Below, in pieces: positions 60,844 through 64,000 of a stretch of DNA of 64,000 nt (positions are counted from its first letter, which is position 1; every line of letters begins with the position of its first letter). Source of the DNA: Octopus sinensis (lineage: Eukaryota); contig NC_043002.1 in the NCBI RefSeq assembly GCF_006345805.1, positions 37,138,001 to 37,202,000 of the forward strand, read 5' to 3'. The position numbers and the translations under genes are program-made. The notes below the pieces were generated by a model. That model made no database searches. It was given only the letters and a program-made list of their open reading frames with translations, and was not told the origin of the DNA.

Positions 60844-61534
60844 CATACATATATGCATACATGTACTATGTGTCTGTCTTTGAGTCAGTGTGTGTATATA
60901 AATATCTTTTGACTTGATCCAGACCAAATGTCGATATATGCTGGGTATAAATAAATTGAAAATATATGAAAGTTGTTATAGCAAGTGGTTCGTTTTTTTC
61001 TCAAGCTCTTGCTCTCTCCATCTCTTTCTCTCTCTTTCTCATGCACTCACGCACATACACACAAACTATGGACACATGCCGAGTCAAAGATATAATGAAT
61101 ATATATATATGTATACATACTCTTCTTGCATATAAATAAGCATGAACTTGTATGCATGCATATGTGTGTGTGTGAGAGGGAGAGAGAGAGAGAGAAAGAG
61201 AGGAACAGAGAAAGAGAGTAATAGATAGAGAAAGCTTATGTGTTCATGTATATATATATATATATATAAATGTATGTGTGTATATATATATGTTTGTATG
61301 TACGTATGTATGTATGTATATGTGTGTGTCTGTCATTAAGGAACAAATATGTAGAAATTTAAAATGTTTCATTCAGACGATTACAAAAAAAGAGAGAAGG
61401 AATCTCTAACAGAATAATTTGGATGAAAGAGTTTTATCAAGAAGAAAATTTTATATATATGTATGCTTGTATGAGTGAAGCTGCTTCTATGTATGTATGC
61501 ATCTATGAGTGCATGTGTGTGCAAGCGCATGCAT

Positions 61535-61583
<49 letters not shown>

Positions 61584-62169
61584 CATGTATGTATGACTTT
61601 CTTCAAGATTTATTCAAGTTCTTCTTTGCAGAATTCCAGCCACTAACAAAGTGACAAGACTTTTTGTTGAAATTAAGAGAATACCAAGGTTTTGTAAACG
61701 GATAGGTGTGTTTGTGTATGTATTTGTATGTGCATCAATAAAATTACTCTTATATCTGTATGTTTCATTACACTTTATATATATATATATATATATATGT
61801 ATCTGTAAACATACATATATATACATCAGTATTGTGTGTATATGTTGCTTCTAGGAAGTTCAAATGGAAAAATCTGTGGAGTGTTTTACAATTATTCAGC
61901 ATAGCACCGATTGATCTAATAATTTGAATTTGTTGGATGTGAGTTGGTTCGCTTTCTTCCTTATTGGGAAACTGCAGCACTTTGGGGGCTTTTATGCAAA
62001 TCTGGTGCTTCACATCCCAGTGGCTCTACGATAATAGGTACAAATCAAAATCCACAGCTGGGGTACAAGAGTTTTGAGTTCCGCATTAGTAAACCATGGG
62101 TATTCTATTTTTCTACAATGTCAGTCAAAGTGTGTGAGTATATATGTGTACGTGTGTATGTACTAAAGT

Positions 62170-62427
62170 AAGTATGTATGTGTGTATGTATGTATGTGTG
62201 TGTATGTATATACATATGTATGTGTGTATATACATATGTATACACATACATATTTATATATATGTATATACATGTGTATATACATGCATATGTATATACA
62301 TATGTATATGTATGTATATATGTATGTATTATATGTAAATATTATGTATGCATGTATGCATGTATGCATGTATGTATGTATGTTAATATGTATATATGTA
62401 TATATGTATGTATGTGTGTGTGTGTGT

Positions 62428-62464
<37 letters not shown>

Positions 62465-62475
62465 ATGTATGTAGT
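62170..62475. repeat. Compound (TATG)n/(TA)n/(TG)n microsatellite
   Basis: Direct inspection. Confidence 0.95.
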
Positions 62476-62964
62476 ATGCATGTATTTTCCTCCTGATTGA
62501 AGTTTTAGGGTTTATTTTAGTCAGCCATTTGCAAGGTTGCAAAGTTACAAAGAAATTTTTTTTTTTCTTAAGAAAGGGTTTTATTCTCTTTGTGATCTTT
62601 TGCTTAACTATTCATCCTTCAAATTTTAAGAAGACCATGAAATTTTTTTAGAGTCCTAGTGAGCATAATCTGCAGTATGTGAATAATGGAGCTACATTCT
62701 TTCTTCAAGAATCCAAGTCATGCCAAATTTTGTTCCTGACAAGCTGGTATATATCCTACCACTCCAATCATAATAGTTATAAATCTGAAAGTGTATTTGA
62801 GCACCAGATTTGCAGTTTGGAAAGTTCTTCTTTCCACGGCACATTTTTTTCTTGTTTTGTACAGAACACTAGCTGTTGCCCATGCAGGAATTTTTTCAAA
62901 AGAAAATTAAGTCAGTGATAAAGAATCAAGGTTAATACCACAAGGCATACATCTATGTCAGTGA

Positions 62965-63116
62965 TGGCAGGTGTGGCTGTGTGGTTAGAAGCTTGCTTCC
63001 CAACCATATGGCTCCAAGGTTCAGTCCCACTGCATGACACCTTGAGCTTCCACTATAGCTTCAGGTCAACCAAAGCTTTATGAGTGGATTTGATAGATGG
63101 AAACTGAAAGAAGCCA

Positions 63117-63155
<39 letters not shown>

Positions 63156-63655
63156 GCACACCTTTGTTTTGGGTTCACTACCACTTTGTTATCTTCCTTC
63201 TCCTTAGCTCTCCTGTGTGACCCTTCTGCCCAGCTTTTGCCATGATAGATTGCTAGCCACTACACATTCTTTATTTTCTCTCCTTGTCTCTTTCTGTGTT
63301 CCTTTCTGTGGAAGAGCGTAGGCTCGAAACATTAAAGATATTTTCCTTCCTGATCATTGTACTAATACATCTGTTTGTTGTCTACACCACCTATCTTCAT
63401 CTTTTGTTTTTTGTGAATTCTCCCTATATATATGTTTATGTGTGCATGTCTTTGTGTCTGTTTGTCCCCCCACTCTCGCTTGACAACTGATGTCGGTGTG
63501 TTTACACTCCGTAACTTAGTGGCTCAGCAAAAGGAACTGATAGAATAAGTACTAGACTTATAAATAATTAGTCCTGGGGCCAATTTCCTCTGACTAAAAC
63601 ACCTGTTAAGGCAGTGCTCCAGTGTGGCCACCGTCAAATGACGGAAGCAAATGAC
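62965..63655 (+). mobile_element. SINE family 1 split by a family C element (63150-63430) inserted in its internal microsatellite
   Basis: Head 62965-63120, tail 63435-63655; insert contains ccttt-CTGTGGA-A-GAGC-gtag-GCTC-GAAA-CA-TT-AAAGA at 63301-63338. Confidence 0.8.
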
Positions 63656-63921
63656 TGTTGAGTCAAAAGTTTTGCAATATTTTGGTAACTTAATTTCTTT
63701 TATTCATCAAGTTATAATAAAAGCAGCTTAGTATTCAAAGTAGTGGCACCGTGTTACACTGTCTGAAGCCAACGTTCTGCCAGTTCTTTGATTCCATGTT
63801 GATACCAGTTCTTGTACTTCAAGGTGAAGAACTCCGTTACTGAAGCTTCTATCTCCTCTTACCTGGTGAAGAGTAGTGAGCACAGGAAGTGAGTCATGGA
63901 TCACTTCCATACAAGACACAA

Positions 63922-63995
63922 GTGTGGCTGCATGGATAAAAAGCTTGTTTCTCAACCATATGATTTTGGGTTCAGTCCTACAGCTTGGCACTTTT
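63922..63995 (+). mobile_element. SINE family 1 head
   Basis: gtgtggctgcatgg..aagcttgtttctcaaccatatg..gggttcagtcc. Confidence 0.7.
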
Positions 63996-64000
63996 TATTA

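Overview
AT-rich, microsatellite-dense animal genomic DNA. The SINE, RTE and microsatellite make-up suggests a coleoid cephalopod such as Octopus (inference from recalled repeat sequences). I found one host coding exon: a 172-bp minus-strand exon (14219-14390) of a T-type voltage-gated calcium channel (Cav3, domain I S5 and start of the pore turret). Most of the window is therefore probably very large introns of that gene. The rest is repeats: three tRNA-derived SINE families, a near full-length RTE-clade LINE (about 47975-52250) with a PHD-type zinc finger inserted in its RT domain, fragments of RTE-BovB, Tx1/L1 and R4/Dong-type LINEs, a complete but dead mariner, Tc1/mariner remnants, hAT, piggyBac and pogo-type MITEs, and a non-autonomous Helitron. 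The most interesting signal is invisible in the ORF track. Several sequence-unrelated non-coding elements carry type I hammerhead-ribozyme motifs (CUGANGA...GAAA-C-NNNN-G-UH) with a minimal stem III and, in two families, a long bulged stem II. They sit next to (TA)n runs, and two of these elements form head-to-head inverted duplications. The best case is a 393-bp-arm palindrome (15444-16274) with one hammerhead on each strand, about 1 kb from the Cav3 exon. These look like Penelope-like or retrozyme-type non-autonomous elements. All folds were done by eye and none is experimentally tested. Most ORFs in the supplied track are translations of microsatellites.
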